A DNA stretch of 64,000 nucleotides from an uncultured Acidobacteriaceae bacterium (GCA_964237325.1 CAXSHS010000003.1:280-64279); one strand, 5' to 3'; shown: positions 48,384 to 59,957, counted from the stretch's first letter. Translations and numbers: made by a program. Notes: generated from the letters alone by a model not told the origin.

Positions 48384-49183
48384 TGCTCTTAGATCCCTTC
48401 GTGTTTAGAGGAAAGTTCACCAGTGTGTCCCGGAGCGTTCTATGTCAAACAAGTAACTTGCTTCTTATACAACACTCAACGAATCAAGTCTGTTAAAGTC
48501 CATAAGCACCCGCGGCTCCGCTGATTTATTTGCTCTCGGATGGAAATGAATTGCACACAGCCGTCAATCTTATTCTTGAATATGTCATAGGTTTGAATTG
48601 TCTTCCAGTGCTGCAAAAGAGGAGCGAGTAGCCAGAGACCGGAGGATACTATTAGCAGACGCTCGTCCTCTGCATGATGGTTCATGAATGTGTATGTAAA
48701 AGTTGTAAGTTCAGAAACCTTTACAAACATAAGCTATACATATGCAACAGACCAAATTCTGTTCGGTGCGGAACACTGACCATGTTTGTGAGGTGGGATG
48801 AAGTACAAAATGTACGCCTAGAACAAAAGCGTGTCGAATCCTCAAACACTTTCGAGATAGCGCCCTGATGCTGAAAGCAGGTACGATCGGCATTCCCGAC
48901 ATCCTTATGGCAACCTCTCGAGCAGTCAGCATCTAATGAAATCAGTGGTACGCAACTCTCAACTAGGAGCAGCAATGGCAGCGGCCATGAATTGCTGGCA
49001 CAGGGAGCTCAAGCGCCTCAAGCTTCTTCGTTCCATTTACTAAACCCATGCTGAAGTTGCCGAGGACATAACGATTGAGAGCATCCCGAATTGCAGCTAT
49101 TGGGTAGCCGAAGAAAACCCGAATCTACCGAACGGGCACTCGCTTTCTACAAGCAGCGCTAGTATAGAGGAGGCATAGTTCTA

Positions 49184-49699
49184 ATGACACGTAAGCGATC
49201 ATCACTAAAGGGAGCCTTTGCGGGCGCGATTGGCGGCGCACTCGGCACGGTGCTGCTAAATGTTGTTCAGAAGCTTTCTTTGGAAGGCACGCGGAAGGTG
49301 GAGAATGCCATCCCGCACGTTCGTAAATACACCCAGCAGCAAGAGCAGTTACTTGATACCTTTGAACGGGCTCATGTAGCTACCGCCGAATTTTGGGAAC
49401 AACATGCGGCAAAGCGACAGGAAGCGGACCGCTATGGAAGTAGAGTTTGTGTTCGGCATTGTATGCGGAGCTCTATACGGCGGATTTGCAGAGTATCTTT
49501 CAGTAGTAACAGCTGGTTTTGGGAGCGTCTACGGCGCGGTACTCTTTACCGGGGCAAGCGAGATCATTCTTCCGGCTATCAGTTTGGTTCCCTCACCTAC
49601 AGACAGAACCTCAATACAACATATCGGCGGATTTGGAGGTAATGTGGTGTATGGGATGACTATAAAGCCGTTCGTCGTCTTCTTCGGTGGCGCGCTTAA
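49184..49699 (+). pseudogene. Frameshifted DUF1440-like membrane protein
   Basis: RBS GAGGAGG. GAFAGAIGGALGT in frame 1; FVFGIVCGALYG...EIILPAISL...H...NVVYG in frame 2; AVRRLL* in frame 3. Confidence 0.6.
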
Positions 49700-49758
49700 G
49701 CTTCCACCTGTAATGGAACGTAACAAACCGCTTGGTTCAGCAAGATCAATGAGGTGCT

Positions 49759-49977
49759 ATGACGAATTTGAAAAAATTCAATGTGACTGTTCAATGCTTC
49801 AATCCCAAGGTAGGCTTAGAAAGCGGCCGGCAGTTTGTCCTGCCAGTGGACAGCCCAGATGAAGAGCATGCAGTCTCCGCCGCCATGTCCAATGCCATTG
49901 CGTTTACGACAAAGCTCGATGGAGTAGCTATACGCCCTATTGCTTTTTCCTGTACTGCGGTTAGCGAGCGCCTCTAA
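49759..49977 (+). CDS. Small hypothetical protein (72 aa)
   Basis: RBS GAGGT with ATG; plausible beta-beta-alpha-beta composition. Confidence 0.55.
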   Translation: MTNLKKFNVTVQCFNPKVGLESGRQFVLPVDSPDEEHAVSAAMSNAIAFTTKLDGVAIRPIAFSCTAVSERL

Positions 49978-50103
49978 AAAGCCTGTTTCAGGCTGAGAAT
50001 ATACATTTCTCCGTGATACCGATCGGAGTGACTGACACCGGTAGTTTTCGTCTTGTGCGGTTAAAACTTTCTCCGGCCAACGCCTGCTCGCATCAGAACG
50101 GCT

Positions 50104-51003
50104 ATGCAAGTACGAAAATTAAACACACCGGTACTACGACTGGCTTATGAAGACAGCGGACCGAAGCGAGGCGAATCGCTGCTGCTCGTACATGGCTGGC
50201 CCGACTCGCCGCGAACCTGGGACAAAGTTCTACCACAATTGCATGAAGCAGGCTATCGAACCATCACGCCGTATCTTCGCGGGTACGGACCAAGCACTTT
50301 CCGCAATCCCGTATTCGGGCGAAAACCGCGGCGCACCGGGCAGCCTGTCGCCTTTGCTCAGGACATGATCCATCTCGCTGATCATCTCAAGCTGAAGCGT
50401 TTTCACTTCATCGGTCATGACTGGGGAGCGCGTACCGGGTATGCCCTGGCGGCATTGTTCCCGCAACGGCTCAAGTCCCTGGTTGCCATTTCCGTACCAT
50501 TTGAGCCCGGCAAGGCGGTGCCTCCCAAGCTTCCTCAGGCACGCGCTTTCTGGTACCAATGGCTACTATGTACAAGCCCGGGTGAAAAGAAGTTCCAAGA
50601 GGACCCAATTGCATTCGGGCAAGCGCAGTGGGACGCGTGGAGTCCACAGGGTTGGTACACAGAAGCAGAGTTCACGGCAGCCGCTAGCAGCTGGCAAGGT
50701 ATGGATTTCAAAGATGTGGTGCTGCACGGCTACCGCTCTCGTTGGGGTCACGCCGCACTCGATTCGAAGTATGCTGCCCAACAGTCTCGATTTGAGGCAG
50801 CGAAGACTCTAGCTACACCCACCCTGCTTCTCCATGGCAAGGAAGATGCCTGCGAACTCACGGAGACAACAGATGGCGCGCAAAGTTATTTCACCAAAGG
50901 CTATAAGCGGATATTGCTCGACGCAGTAGGCCACTTTCCGCAGCGGGAGAGCCCCGACGCAACGACAGCAGCCGTGCTGGAGCATTTACGGCAGCATGCT
51001 TAG
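50104..51003 (+). CDS. Alpha/beta hydrolase, epoxide-hydrolase family
   Basis: HGWPD, LRGYGPS, GHDWG (Asp nucleophile), GHFPQRE. Confidence 0.9.
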   Translation: MQVRKLNTPVLRLAYEDSGPKRGESLLLVHGWPDSPRTWDKVLPQLHEAGYRTITPYLRGYGPSTFRNPVFGRKPRRTGQPVAFAQDMIHLADHLKLKRFHFIGHDWGARTGYALAALFPQRLKSLVAISVPFEPGKAVPPKLPQARAFWYQWLLCTSPGEKKFQEDPIAFGQAQWDAWSPQGWYTEAEFTAAASSWQGMDFKDVVLHGYRSRWGHAALDSKYAAQQSRFEAAKTLATPTLLLHGKEDACELTETTDGAQSYFTKGYKRILLDAVGHFPQRESPDATTAAVLEHLRQHA

Positions 51004-51247
51004 CTGGAACCAAGAACCTCTGCGAAATTGCAGACCATTCGTAACCCGGCCGTAATTCGTCATCTGGGAAGATGTAAAGACCTTCCAGTAATGGAAAGAG
51101 TACCTAAAGAATGGGAAATGGAGCAGCTTAGTTGCCGCTGTTCGTAAGGCGCTCGATGGCAGTCTGGTACCGAGCTTCCCATAATCGGCTCCTGCCGCCT
51201 GCTAAAGAGAAATACCTCATCCGTTCCGGTTTCCGGAGAGATGTACA

Positions 51248-52570
51248 TCACATTTCTCCTGAGACGTAGGAGCCGAGCTCGCAAGCAGCTCGCGTCTTCC
51301 GCCAAGCGGCGGTGATATCTTCACGATCCATACCGGCTACGCTTACCAGGGTCGCAATTTCAAGTACCGCATCGGCTTGCTCGATCAATGCAGTGCGGTC
51401 CTGCTGCCGCTCCAGTTTGGAGGCAAGCTGTCCGATGGTCGCGAGCAGACGGATGGAAATAGCAGGCGTGCCGGAAGCAGCCTGCCGCACCTGGTCAAAG
51501 GCCTGCTTGATGAGACGCGCTACCGGCAGCGGTCGCACCCGCAGGCGCAGGCTGCCATCCTCGCCGTACCAATTATTGCTATGCTGCGGCATTTCGGCAA
51601 GGATCATTAACGCCTCTCCGAGCAGGTCAGTGCAAGCTACGCCGGTAAAGGTGTCGTTCACCGCAGGGCTTAAGGCTCGAATGGCGATCTCAACAATCTG
51701 CGCGACGCCGAACTCAAGATCTTGCATAAGAATGCGGTGCCACCCAAGGACGATGCCTTCTTCAATGATTGGCGCAAGCTTGCAAATGCGAAGCAGGGGA
51801 AATACGGGCAAGCGGCTCCCCTTTGAGCACAAACTGCCCGGGCCGGAATACGATCTCAACAAATGCTCCCTCGCGGTGGGCTGCGGCCAGCAGCGAGGCG
51901 TGGTCAATCTCCTGCATGTAGCCGCTTGCGCGGCTTTCGAGCGTGGCTGCATTCTCAGCCTCAAATGGTCTTTGCAAGGCATTGCCGAACCTGAGTTGCC
52001 GGTGCTGAGCGTTCTACCACTTTATGGCACGTCGCAGGTCCTCCACAATGCGAGCCACGGCATCGGGGTTCTGGATAGAAATGCGACGCGATAGCTGTAG
52101 TACACAAGGAAGCTGAAGGCGGCCAGCACCAGGAACCAGCTGGTAATCAGCGAGGTCTGCGGAATGAAGGTGCCGGTCGGGTCGGAGTGCGTGACCAGGA
52201 ACACGAGAAAAATTTAGATGAACGCAGCCATGAACAACCCGATCGTGGCTTGCGTCACCCAGTCCTGCACGAACCGGTATAACAGGCGCGGCCCGAACAG
52301 GTTGGCCACCATCGAGAGCACCAGCAGCGCGACTGAAAAGATTAGCGCCAGCACAGTGCTGATACAGCCGAGCATCGCGCTTAGAATGGCACGCGCATCA
52401 TCGATGCCGCCCATGCTGAACCAGTCGGGCAGGTGGATGAAATGGTACACAGCGAGCATATCTGGGATCATCGTCAGCACGAACAGGGCTACTGCCGCAA
52501 GCGACATCTTGAGCGGCATGATCCAGAGATTGATGTTGTACGGTGGCTGACGAAAGCGAAGAGGGGGCAT
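51248..52570 (-). pseudogene. DUF2254-family membrane protein, multiply frameshifted
   Basis: Consecutive fragments in different frames: DDARAILSAM...FGPRLLYRFVQD; FLVYYSYRVA; SGYMQEIDH...RPGQFV; QDLEFGVAQIVEIAIRALSPAVNDTFTG. Confidence 0.8.
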
Positions 52571-52668
52571 ACCCTCTCAGGATATGACAGCAGATTAGCG
52601 ACTGCTGCGACCGGAACATCGCAGGAGTGCTCCCTGCTACTCCGGCACGCCGGCGGCTAGAATGTCCT

Positions 52669-54408
52669 ATGAAGCGTAGAGCGCTACTGAAAGCCCTGGG
52701 CCTCGCGGCAGGTGCGCAACTTGATAGCGGTCCGTTACGAGGCTTCACAATCGCGGGCCGACAGACCATGTCCACACCCGGGCCAAATCTCTTCATAAAC
52801 CAGCTTGGTTATTTGCCGACATCTGCAAAGGTAGCCACGATTAGGATTGTGACTCCCGCACAAATCAGCTTCCGTGTGCGGTCCACAAAGGAAAATCATG
52901 TCGTCTTTGAAGGCACCCTTTCCCCAGCGAAGCTGGATGAGCTTTCAGGCGACACTGTACGGCAGGCAGTGTTTTCAGCACTACATACGCCGGGCGAATA
53001 CTGTATAGAAACGGGTACGCAGCGTAGCGACTCCTTCTTTATACGCAGCGATGTGTACGCTGATGCACTGCGTACGACCATGCGGGGTTATACCGGACAA
53101 CGCTGCGGCTGCGTAGTGGATCTGGGCAATGGATACTGCCACGCTCCCTGCCATCTGGAGGGCGAATACGGTTCGTCTTCCGGCAAATCGGGTTCGCTGC
53201 CGAATGCCGGCGGCTGGCATGATGCAGGCGATTACGGCCGTTACGTGGTGAATTCAGGAATAACTTGTGGGACACTGCTTTGGGCTTGGGAGATGTATCC
53301 CACAGCACTGCGCAGGTTGGACCTTGGCCTTCCCAAGATGGACCCGAAATTACCGGATTTCCTTGAAGAGGTGCTATGGAATCTGAACTGGATGCTCCAG
53401 CTTCAAGATACTGACGGCGGTGTCTTTCATAAGCAGACCAGCAGACAGTTTTGCGCCTTCGTTATGCCGCAGGACGACCGTCTCGTCAGTGAGGTAGTCG
53501 GCACAGATTCCGCACCTTATAAGAGCACCTGCGCCACAGGAGACTTCGCTGCCGTGATGGCTATCGCCGCACGTTGTTATGCGGAGTTCGATTCGGCACT
53601 TGCGTCGCGCTTTTGCGCCGCGGCAGAGAGAGCCTGGAGATGGGCTATGGCACATCCGAATGTACCCTTTGACAATCCACCTGGAATTACCACCGGTTCC
53701 TATGCCGATCCGCACTGCGCCGACGAGATCGCCTGGGCCTCCGCGGAGCTTTGGCGCACGACAGGCGATGCTCAGTATGAGAAAGCATTCTTGGGTTTAC
53801 TGCCGTTGAACCTGGAAGATCTCAGCGTCAGCGCGCCTTCATGGGCAAACGTTACCTCCCTGGCGCTTTGGACCTATGCGATGGCAGCCCGGGAAGGTAA
53901 TCCGGCCGTTCAAGCTGCCGTTCGCAGGGCAACCGAGGCAGCCGCGCAAAAACTCATCTCGAATGGCCGGACCAACGGTTACGGCAACACCATGACGGCT
54001 GCCGATTATGGATGGGGATCGAACAGCGGAGCATGCAATCAGTCCTTACTGTTGTTGGTAGCGCATCGATTCCATCCCAATTCAGCTTTGATCACGACAG
54101 CGCTAAATAATCTGCACTACCTATTTGGTCGAAACTGCTTTGGCATTTCGTGGGTGACACAGCTGGGAGTGCGGCCGTTCCTGCATCCGCACCATCGTCC
54201 AAGTGTCGCTGACGGTATCTCGGCGCCGTGGCCGGGCTTGCTCTCCGGCGGCCCGAACAGCCACCCTGCCGATGCTATAGCCAGGACCCTGCCCCCGATG
54301 CCGCCCATGCGAATGTGGATTGACAACGATCAGGCCTACTCCATGAACGAGATTGCGATTAACTGGAATGCGCCGCTAGTGTTTCTATTAGCGTTTGCTA
54401 ACGAGTAA
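52669..54408 (+). CDS. GH9 endoglucanase with an N-terminal Ig (CelD_N) domain, Tat-like signal
   Basis: MKRRALLK; INQLGYLP; GGWHDAGDYG; HPHHRPS; YSMNEIAINWNA. Confidence 0.92.
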   Translation: MKRRALLKALGLAAGAQLDSGPLRGFTIAGRQTMSTPGPNLFINQLGYLPTSAKVATIRIVTPAQISFRVRSTKENHVVFEGTLSPAKLDELSGDTVRQAVFSALHTPGEYCIETGTQRSDSFFIRSDVYADALRTTMRGYTGQRCGCVVDLGNGYCHAPCHLEGEYGSSSGKSGSLPNAGGWHDAGDYGRYVVNSGITCGTLLWAWEMYPTALRRLDLGLPKMDPKLPDFLEEVLWNLNWMLQLQDTDGGVFHKQTSRQFCAFVMPQDDRLVSEVVGTDSAPYKSTCATGDFAAVMAIAARCYAEFDSALASRFCAAAERAWRWAMAHPNVPFDNPPGITTGSYADPHCADEIAWASAELWRTTGDAQYEKAFLGLLPLNLEDLSVSAPSWANVTSLALWTYAMAAREGNPAVQAAVRRATEAAAQKLISNGRTNGYGNTMTAADYGWGSNSGACNQSLLLLVAHRFHPNSALITTALNNLHYLFGRNCFGISWVTQLGVRPFLHPHHRPSVADGISAPWPGLLSGGPNSHPADAIARTLPPMPPMRMWIDNDQAYSMNEIAINWNAPLVFLLAFANE

Positions 54409-54496
54409 GGTTAGGGACGAACTTCCCATGGTGTACAGCTGCTACACGCATGTGCAGGCAAATTGAGTTATGAAGTGCGAGTGAAGTTGAGCAGAG

Positions 54497-54690
54497 CTAT
54501 CCCATGGTTTGATGAACTCCGATATATACTGCACTTAAACGCAGGACGGCGGTATGAGCAAGGTGCACGCACTCAGCCATCATTTCGACCAAGTTCCGAA
54601 AGCTAAGTTTGTAGCGCAGGTACCGGCGCACACAAAGGATGATTACCTTGCGGTTGAAGTGCCGCCCTTGAAACAACTCTTCGGTGCTGT
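54497..54690 (-). mobile_element. IS6-family transposase remnant (N-terminus only)
   Basis: ELFQGRHFNRKVIILCVRRYLRYKLSFRNLVEMMAE...HTAVLR matches the IS6 Tnp N-terminal FKGRHF...YxLSxRxLxEMM pattern; truncated. Confidence 0.8.
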
Positions 54691-54874
54691 CGGCTTGTTC
54701 ACTGCCAGTCTTTAACTCTCTAAAAAGACCGCTGTACCCAACAGGGCGGGGCCATGTACACCAGAGCCGAAGCGGGTATCCTACCATGTACACTGTTCGA
54801 ACGAACGGTTCACGAGAGCAAACGAATGTGAGAGGGTTCCACTGCAACAAACCCTAAGGAAAGATGCTCTGTGG

Positions 54875-56152
54875 ATGATCGTGGGACAGGGCACGGCAAT
54901 CATCCTTCAAACCGTTTTCTTTCTGCTCCTTGTAAGGGTTCTGGACACCTCGCAATTTGGTGTTTTCGTGGGAGTCACAGCATTCGTTGCCATCATTGCG
55001 CCGTTTGCCACACTGGGACAGGGAACTGTTCTAATCCGTCGGTTGGCTCAGGCAGATACTTTATTCGGCAAGGCTTGGGGAACAACGCTGCGCACTGCAT
55101 TATGGGGAGGCGCGGCTACCGGTGTCCTGGGCTGGCTGGGAGGATGGTTCATTCTCCGTGATCCTTCACTGAGGCAGATCCTTCCGCTGCTTATCCTTTC
55201 TGATCTCGCCTGCAATAAACTGGTAGAACTTGCGTCTCAGGCCTTTCAGGCAAGCAGGCAGTTTCAAACTGCAAGTCAGATCAGCATCCTGCCCAACTTC
55301 GCCAAGATGGTAGCGGTCCTTTGCGCAATGGTCCAGATGCATGTCACGAGAGCAAAGTTAACCGTCAGTGTCTGGACTCTCTGGTATTTGTCCTTTTCGG
55401 CTCTTGTGGCGGTCGCGGCATTGGTTTGGGTTCGGTTGCGACTGGGCCGTATTGAAAACAGCCGTTTTGCACGGGAGGATTTACGGGAAGGACTGTCCTA
55501 TGCTGTTTCCGGGGCCAGTTTCTATGTTTACAACGATATAGATAAGACATTCCTCGTCGCAAACGGCTTCGTTTCGGCGGCAGGCTTCTACGGAGCGGCG
55601 TACCGGCTCATCGAGGTCATGACCGCTCCTCTACGAGCCGTCAATACAGCGGCGCTTCCCCGCTTCTTCTCAGCAGGCTGCTTGGGTGTTAAAGAGGTTC
55701 GCCGAGTAATGCTTCGGGTGCTGGTTCCTTCTGCATCATTTTCCCTTGTGTCCGGTCTCCTGGTCTTCTTCTTCCAGGGTTTAGCAGGGAGTCTCCTCGG
55801 CCGGGAATATGGGGCGGCAGGCCAGGTTTTGCGTTACCTCTGCTTCATCCCGCTGATTCGCTCATTGCATTATGCCTTCGGCAATGCTCTCACCGGCCTC
55901 GGCTCCCAATGGATACGAACCTCCATACAAATAGGAGCCGCTGCATTCAACGTTTTGGTCAATATCTATCTCATTCCTCGGTTCTCCTGGCATGGGGCTG
56001 CTGCTTCGAGTGTAGCTACGGAGCTGCTATTGGCGACCTCGATGTGCGTAGCTTTGGCGGTGGTTCTTACCAGGAAACAACTACATCAGACTGCGCCGAC
56101 GCTAATCGATGAGATTGTTGCGGAGGATGAGGTAGCAAATGAACTGGAATAG
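54875..56152 (+). CDS. Wzx-type polysaccharide flippase
   Basis: About 12 TM; RVLDTSQFG, VYNDIDKTFL, AGFYGAAYRL, NIYLIPRFSWHGAAASS. The true start may be lost or lie upstream. Confidence 0.85.
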   Translation: MIVGQGTAIILQTVFFLLLVRVLDTSQFGVFVGVTAFVAIIAPFATLGQGTVLIRRLAQADTLFGKAWGTTLRTALWGGAATGVLGWLGGWFILRDPSLRQILPLLILSDLACNKLVELASQAFQASRQFQTASQISILPNFAKMVAVLCAMVQMHVTRAKLTVSVWTLWYLSFSALVAVAALVWVRLRLGRIENSRFAREDLREGLSYAVSGASFYVYNDIDKTFLVANGFVSAAGFYGAAYRLIEVMTAPLRAVNTAALPRFFSAGCLGVKEVRRVMLRVLVPSASFSLVSGLLVFFFQGLAGSLLGREYGAAGQVLRYLCFIPLIRSLHYAFGNALTGLGSQWIRTSIQIGAAAFNVLVNIYLIPRFSWHGAAASSVATELLLATSMCVALAVVLTRKQLHQTAPTLIDEIVAEDEVANELE

Positions 56153-57107
56153 CGGGCCGGCAGATCTGGTAAGCGTCGTCATCCCAACTGTAGGTCGGGC
56201 ATCTCTCCTCGAGACGGTGAAAAGCGTTCAAAATCAGACTTACTCTACGATTGAGATCCTCGTTGTGCAGGATGGAGTCGATGAGCAGGCTAAGACTCAG
56301 CTCGAAACGTTGGGAGACCGGCGCATCCGCGTTCTCACGCAATTTCCTCCACGGGGCGCTTCGGCTGCTCGAAATCTGGGTGTTCGAGAGGCAAGGGGAC
56401 GTTATATCGCCTTTTTGGATGACGATGACACATTCCTGCCGGCGAAGCTGGCAATTCAGGTAATAGTCTCAAAGCAACAGCCCAATGATCGCTTTTATGT
56501 TGTCTGTTCAGCATTAGTAGATTGGGAAAACCGCCGTGAAGTATGGCCTCGCAGATTTCCGCTCCCGACCGAAAGCATTGCGGATTACCTGTTCTCGCGA
56601 AGCTTAAAAGCACGCCGCGCTTTTCTGCAAACATCGTGTCTTCTCATTCCAAGAAACTTGCTACTGGACATTCCCTTCAACGAAGATTTGGAACAGCATC
56701 AGGACTGGGATTGGCTTCTCGAAGCCGAACTGGATGGCGTACAGCTAATTCCCATCAAAGAACCACTTGTACGCTACCGTGTACACAATGCGGCGGGTAG
56801 CATCAGCACGCGGGCTACTTGGCGAAATAGCCTTGCATGGCTTCGTAGACGGCGTTCTAGCTTCAGCAGAGAGACGTATTCCTTCTTCATCGCAACTTAC
56901 GTCATGGACAGAGCGCAGGCTCAGGAGCGATTCTCGAGGTCGATGCTGTCGAAGTTGCTGCATGAGTTCATGTCAGTAGGGCGGCCAAATTTTATTGCGT
57001 GGGTCTATCTTGCAGTGAGCTTTCTACAGATGAAGCGCTTCATTCGTGATCTGAGCCGGCAGAACTGTCAGGACGTTGCATTGCCTCATGACCCGGACCT
57101 GCGGTAG
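56139..57107 (+). CDS. Glycosyltransferase family 2
   Basis: VSVVIPT, EILVVQDG, GASAARNLG, YIAFLDDDD, QDWDW. Confidence 0.92.
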   Translation: MNWNSGPADLVSVVIPTVGRASLLETVKSVQNQTYSTIEILVVQDGVDEQAKTQLETLGDRRIRVLTQFPPRGASAARNLGVREARGRYIAFLDDDDTFLPAKLAIQVIVSKQQPNDRFYVVCSALVDWENRREVWPRRFPLPTESIADYLFSRSLKARRAFLQTSCLLIPRNLLLDIPFNEDLEQHQDWDWLLEAELDGVQLIPIKEPLVRYRVHNAAGSISTRATWRNSLAWLRRRRSSFSRETYSFFIATYVMDRAQAQERFSRSMLSKLLHEFMSVGRPNFIAWVYLAVSFLQMKRFIRDLSRQNCQDVALPHDPDLR

Positions 57108-57464
57108 GGCAACTACTACGCTGAAGTCTCCATTCAACATTGCCTGCATGAGCGTAAACGTCACACTACGCCAAACGCCGATGATCGTACGCTGAGCCCG
57201 GTTGTGCAAACCTGCTGCTAGTAAGCCCAGACCCACATTGGGGTACCTTCAGAAAACAGATCACATCGTACGGTAAGGTTGCTGAACGAAGAAGGCGCCC
57301 GTATCGCTTGCCTCTCGAAACTCATGAACTTCTCCGCAACTCGCGACAACGCAATCGAGAACCGCTTGTGAGAACGATCTCGCTTGGTATCCTGGTTCGC
57401 TCTGATTAGGGGATAAAGGCCTCTGAAAAACCTCCGTTTACAAGAACGCCGCTCGCCAGTTTGG

Positions 57465-57790
57465 CTATGGGCTCATCGCAATTTTGCGAGACTGGCCTAA
57501 ATTCGCGAGAAGCTGCAGGCACTGGACAATTTGATCGAGCACCCCGTGCTTGGCCCAGCGGTTCATGCGCGTGTAAATGGTGTGCCGGTTGCCGAACTGC
57601 TTGGCTCGTCCGCGCCACTTGCACCCATGTTCAAGCACGCAGAGCAGTGCATTGAGCAGTTCCAGGTTGCTGAGGCTCACGTTGCCGCGCTGCACCGGCA
57701 AAGCCTCCTGGATGCGGGCCTACTGCGCTTCGGGAATCTCCACATCAGCACCTTACCCGCACTTCGCTGGTTAGTGTGAACAGACTCTAG
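57465..57790 (-). mobile_element. IS5-family element remnant (left end and truncated transposase)
   Basis: LPVQRGNVSLSNLELLNALLCVLEHGCKWR...FGNRHTIYTRMNRWAKHGVLD (DUF4096-type IS5 N-terminus); in-frame stop near the start; putative end CTAGAGTCTGTTCACACTAA at about 57771-57790. Confidence 0.8.
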
Positions 57791-57980
57791 GCGAGCTAGG
57801 CCAGATACGACGAGGCAGCCAAAGGCGGTAATGATGACTAGGCGCGAGCTTCTACGCAGTCTATCGCCGGTCAACTAAGTCTTCAGACTCGGTGTGCAGA
57901 AACCGGTCGGAGCACCTCTTCATCTTCCTATACATGTTAGCTCCAAGCGACAGCAGCTCAAGTAGAAGAAACGTTCCCAG

Positions 57981-59882
57981 CTAGTCAGGCTTGCCTGCGG
58001 TGTTGTTTTTGTACGCTTGTTGCAGGATAGAAAAGACTTGTTTCTCCTGTCCGTTTTCGGACAGGAGACCCTTACGATTGTAGCCGTCTTGGAGCTTGGG
58101 GATGTTGCGCGTAGTGGAGCGGAAATCCATCAGAATCCACGGGGTGATGCCGCGAAGCTGAGCAATCTTGGAGAACATGATGAGCTGATCCTTGTAGACC
58201 TCGGCCTGCTGCTCCTCGGTCCAGCGCTGATTGATTGGCCCGTGGTTGCCGTATTTGGCTTCGGCGCCGAACTCGCTCATGATGATAGGCTTTTCGGGCA
58301 GCACCCAATGCATGCCGGCAGCGTCCTCGGGCGCGCCACCGTACCAGCCGATGTACTCGTTTACACCAACAACATCAAGGACCTTGGTAACAGGATCGTC
58401 GAGGGTGGCAGTTTCGCCTATGACATGTTCCGAGTTCAGGGCGGAAGTAATGAGGCGAGTGGAATCAAGCTTGCGGGCTTCACCGGCAAGATTCGTCAGA
58501 AACTCCGTACGAATCGGATTTTTTCCGGTTTCATTCGAGATCGACCAGAGAATGACGGAAGCCTTGTTCCGATCGCGACGAATCATCTCGTTCAGCATGT
58601 TGACGTCTTTCGCGTAGACCTCCAATTTGTCGAAGGAGATATGCTGCCAATTTGGAATCTCGGACCAGATCATGATGCCGTCGCGGTCGGCGGCGCGGGT
58701 CATACGCTCATCGTGGGGATAATGGCAGAGGCGGGCGAAATTGGCATCCAGCTTTTTTAAATAGCCGAAAAGCAGAGCGACATCCTGGTCGTTGTCGACT
58801 CTGCCGCCCCGTATCGGAGCTTCTGCATGCACATTGATGCCCTTCAGGAAGACGGGCCTTCCGTTGAGCAGGATACGCGTGCCCTCTACGCGGATGTCGC
58901 GAAAGCCAATGTCGTCGACAAGCTTGTCCTGCTGCTCTCCTGATCCAGACGCGAGAGCTACCTTGTACAACTTCGGAGTCTCCGGAGACCAGAGGGTCAG
59001 CCTGCGGGCCTTCACCGAGAAGGCAGCTCGACTGTCAGCATCGGTCTTGAGATCGGCATGAACGCCGGCTTCCGGTATGTCGAGAGTGACAGCGGTTCCC
59101 GGGACCGCGTCCAGGACATGTATGTACCCGGTCAGCTCGGTGGTTCCGGGCTGCCAGGTGGAGTTATGCACCAAGTGGACGTCATAGTCGTCGATGAAAG
59201 CGGTCGGAACAGTGACAAGCGATACATCGCGGGTAATGCCGCCGTAGTTGAACCAGTCATAGCCGACAGAGGGAATGCCGTCGATCAGTCGCGTTGCGTC
59301 AACAGCGATAACGACGAAATTCGAGCCCGAGTGAAGGACAGCAGTCACTTCGCAGTCGAACGGCGTGAAGCCGCCTTCATGATCGCAAACCCGCTTCTGG
59401 TTGACCCAGACATGAGACCGGTAGTTCGCGGCACCTATGTGGAGAAAGGTACGAGTTCCGGGTATGGGCTGCGCATCGAAGTCTCTCTGATACCAGAGAA
59501 CTCCCTCGTAGTTGAAGAGCTGAGCTACCTGCGTATTCCAGTCGCCGGGCACTCTAAGGGTAGGTGCGGTAGCGAAGTCGTACTCTTCATTGTGTGGACC
59601 GCTCGAAATATTTGGGTGCGTGTTCATGGCATAGCCTAGGTCGTTGATAGCTCCCTTGTCAGTGTAAAGATCCCGGGCAGGGGCCTGGTCAACGAGGTAG
59701 TGCCAGTCTCCGTTGAGGCTGGTGACATAACGGTGGTCGACGCCAACAAGCAGCGTTTGAAATGGCTGCTGTCCGGAAGTTGGAAGTACCAATCCTAGGC
59801 ACGCACCCAGAACCAACATGGTGCGCTTGATAAAGCGGTAAGTAGCTGCGTCCCTCGACTTGCGGTCAGCTTTCATTTCCAT
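57981..59882 (-). CDS. uidA: GH2 beta-glucuronidase-like enzyme, secreted
   Basis: RVPGDWN, HEGGFTPF, DWFNYGGITRDV, RLCHYPH, WSISNE (acid/base), SEFGAE (nucleophile), NRKG glucuronidase signature. Confidence 0.85.
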   Translation of the reverse strand: MEMKADRKSRDAATYRFIKRTMLVLGACLGLVLPTSGQQPFQTLLVGVDHRYVTSLNGDWHYLVDQAPARDLYTDKGAINDLGYAMNTHPNISSGPHNEEYDFATAPTLRVPGDWNTQVAQLFNYEGVLWYQRDFDAQPIPGTRTFLHIGAANYRSHVWVNQKRVCDHEGGFTPFDCEVTAVLHSGSNFVVIAVDATRLIDGIPSVGYDWFNYGGITRDVSLVTVPTAFIDDYDVHLVHNSTWQPGTTELTGYIHVLDAVPGTAVTLDIPEAGVHADLKTDADSRAAFSVKARRLTLWSPETPKLYKVALASGSGEQQDKLVDDIGFRDIRVEGTRILLNGRPVFLKGINVHAEAPIRGGRVDNDQDVALLFGYLKKLDANFARLCHYPHDERMTRAADRDGIMIWSEIPNWQHISFDKLEVYAKDVNMLNEMIRRDRNKASVILWSISNETGKNPIRTEFLTNLAGEARKLDSTRLITSALNSEHVIGETATLDDPVTKVLDVVGVNEYIGWYGGAPEDAAGMHWVLPEKPIIMSEFGAEAKYGNHGPINQRWTEEQQAEVYKDQLIMFSKIAQLRGITPWILMDFRSTTRNIPKLQDGYNRKGLLSENGQEKQVFSILQQAYKNNTAGKPD

Positions 59883-59957
59883 TCACAGCGCCTTGGGTGT
59901 CGTCTACACATTCGCTTGACATGATCTACTCTCCGCTGAGAACCTGCGCCATAGTCT

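Noticed and set aside
48384-49183. Short ORFs in the 800-bp gap after catalase B
   Set aside because: No RBS, motif or coherent frame that I can support; possibly eroded gene debris.
51312-52094. 260-aa plus-strand ORF and similar long antisense ORFs (e.g. 58017-58760, 46125-46811)
   Set aside because: Shadows of real or pseudo genes on the opposite strand in GC-rich DNA; no motifs.
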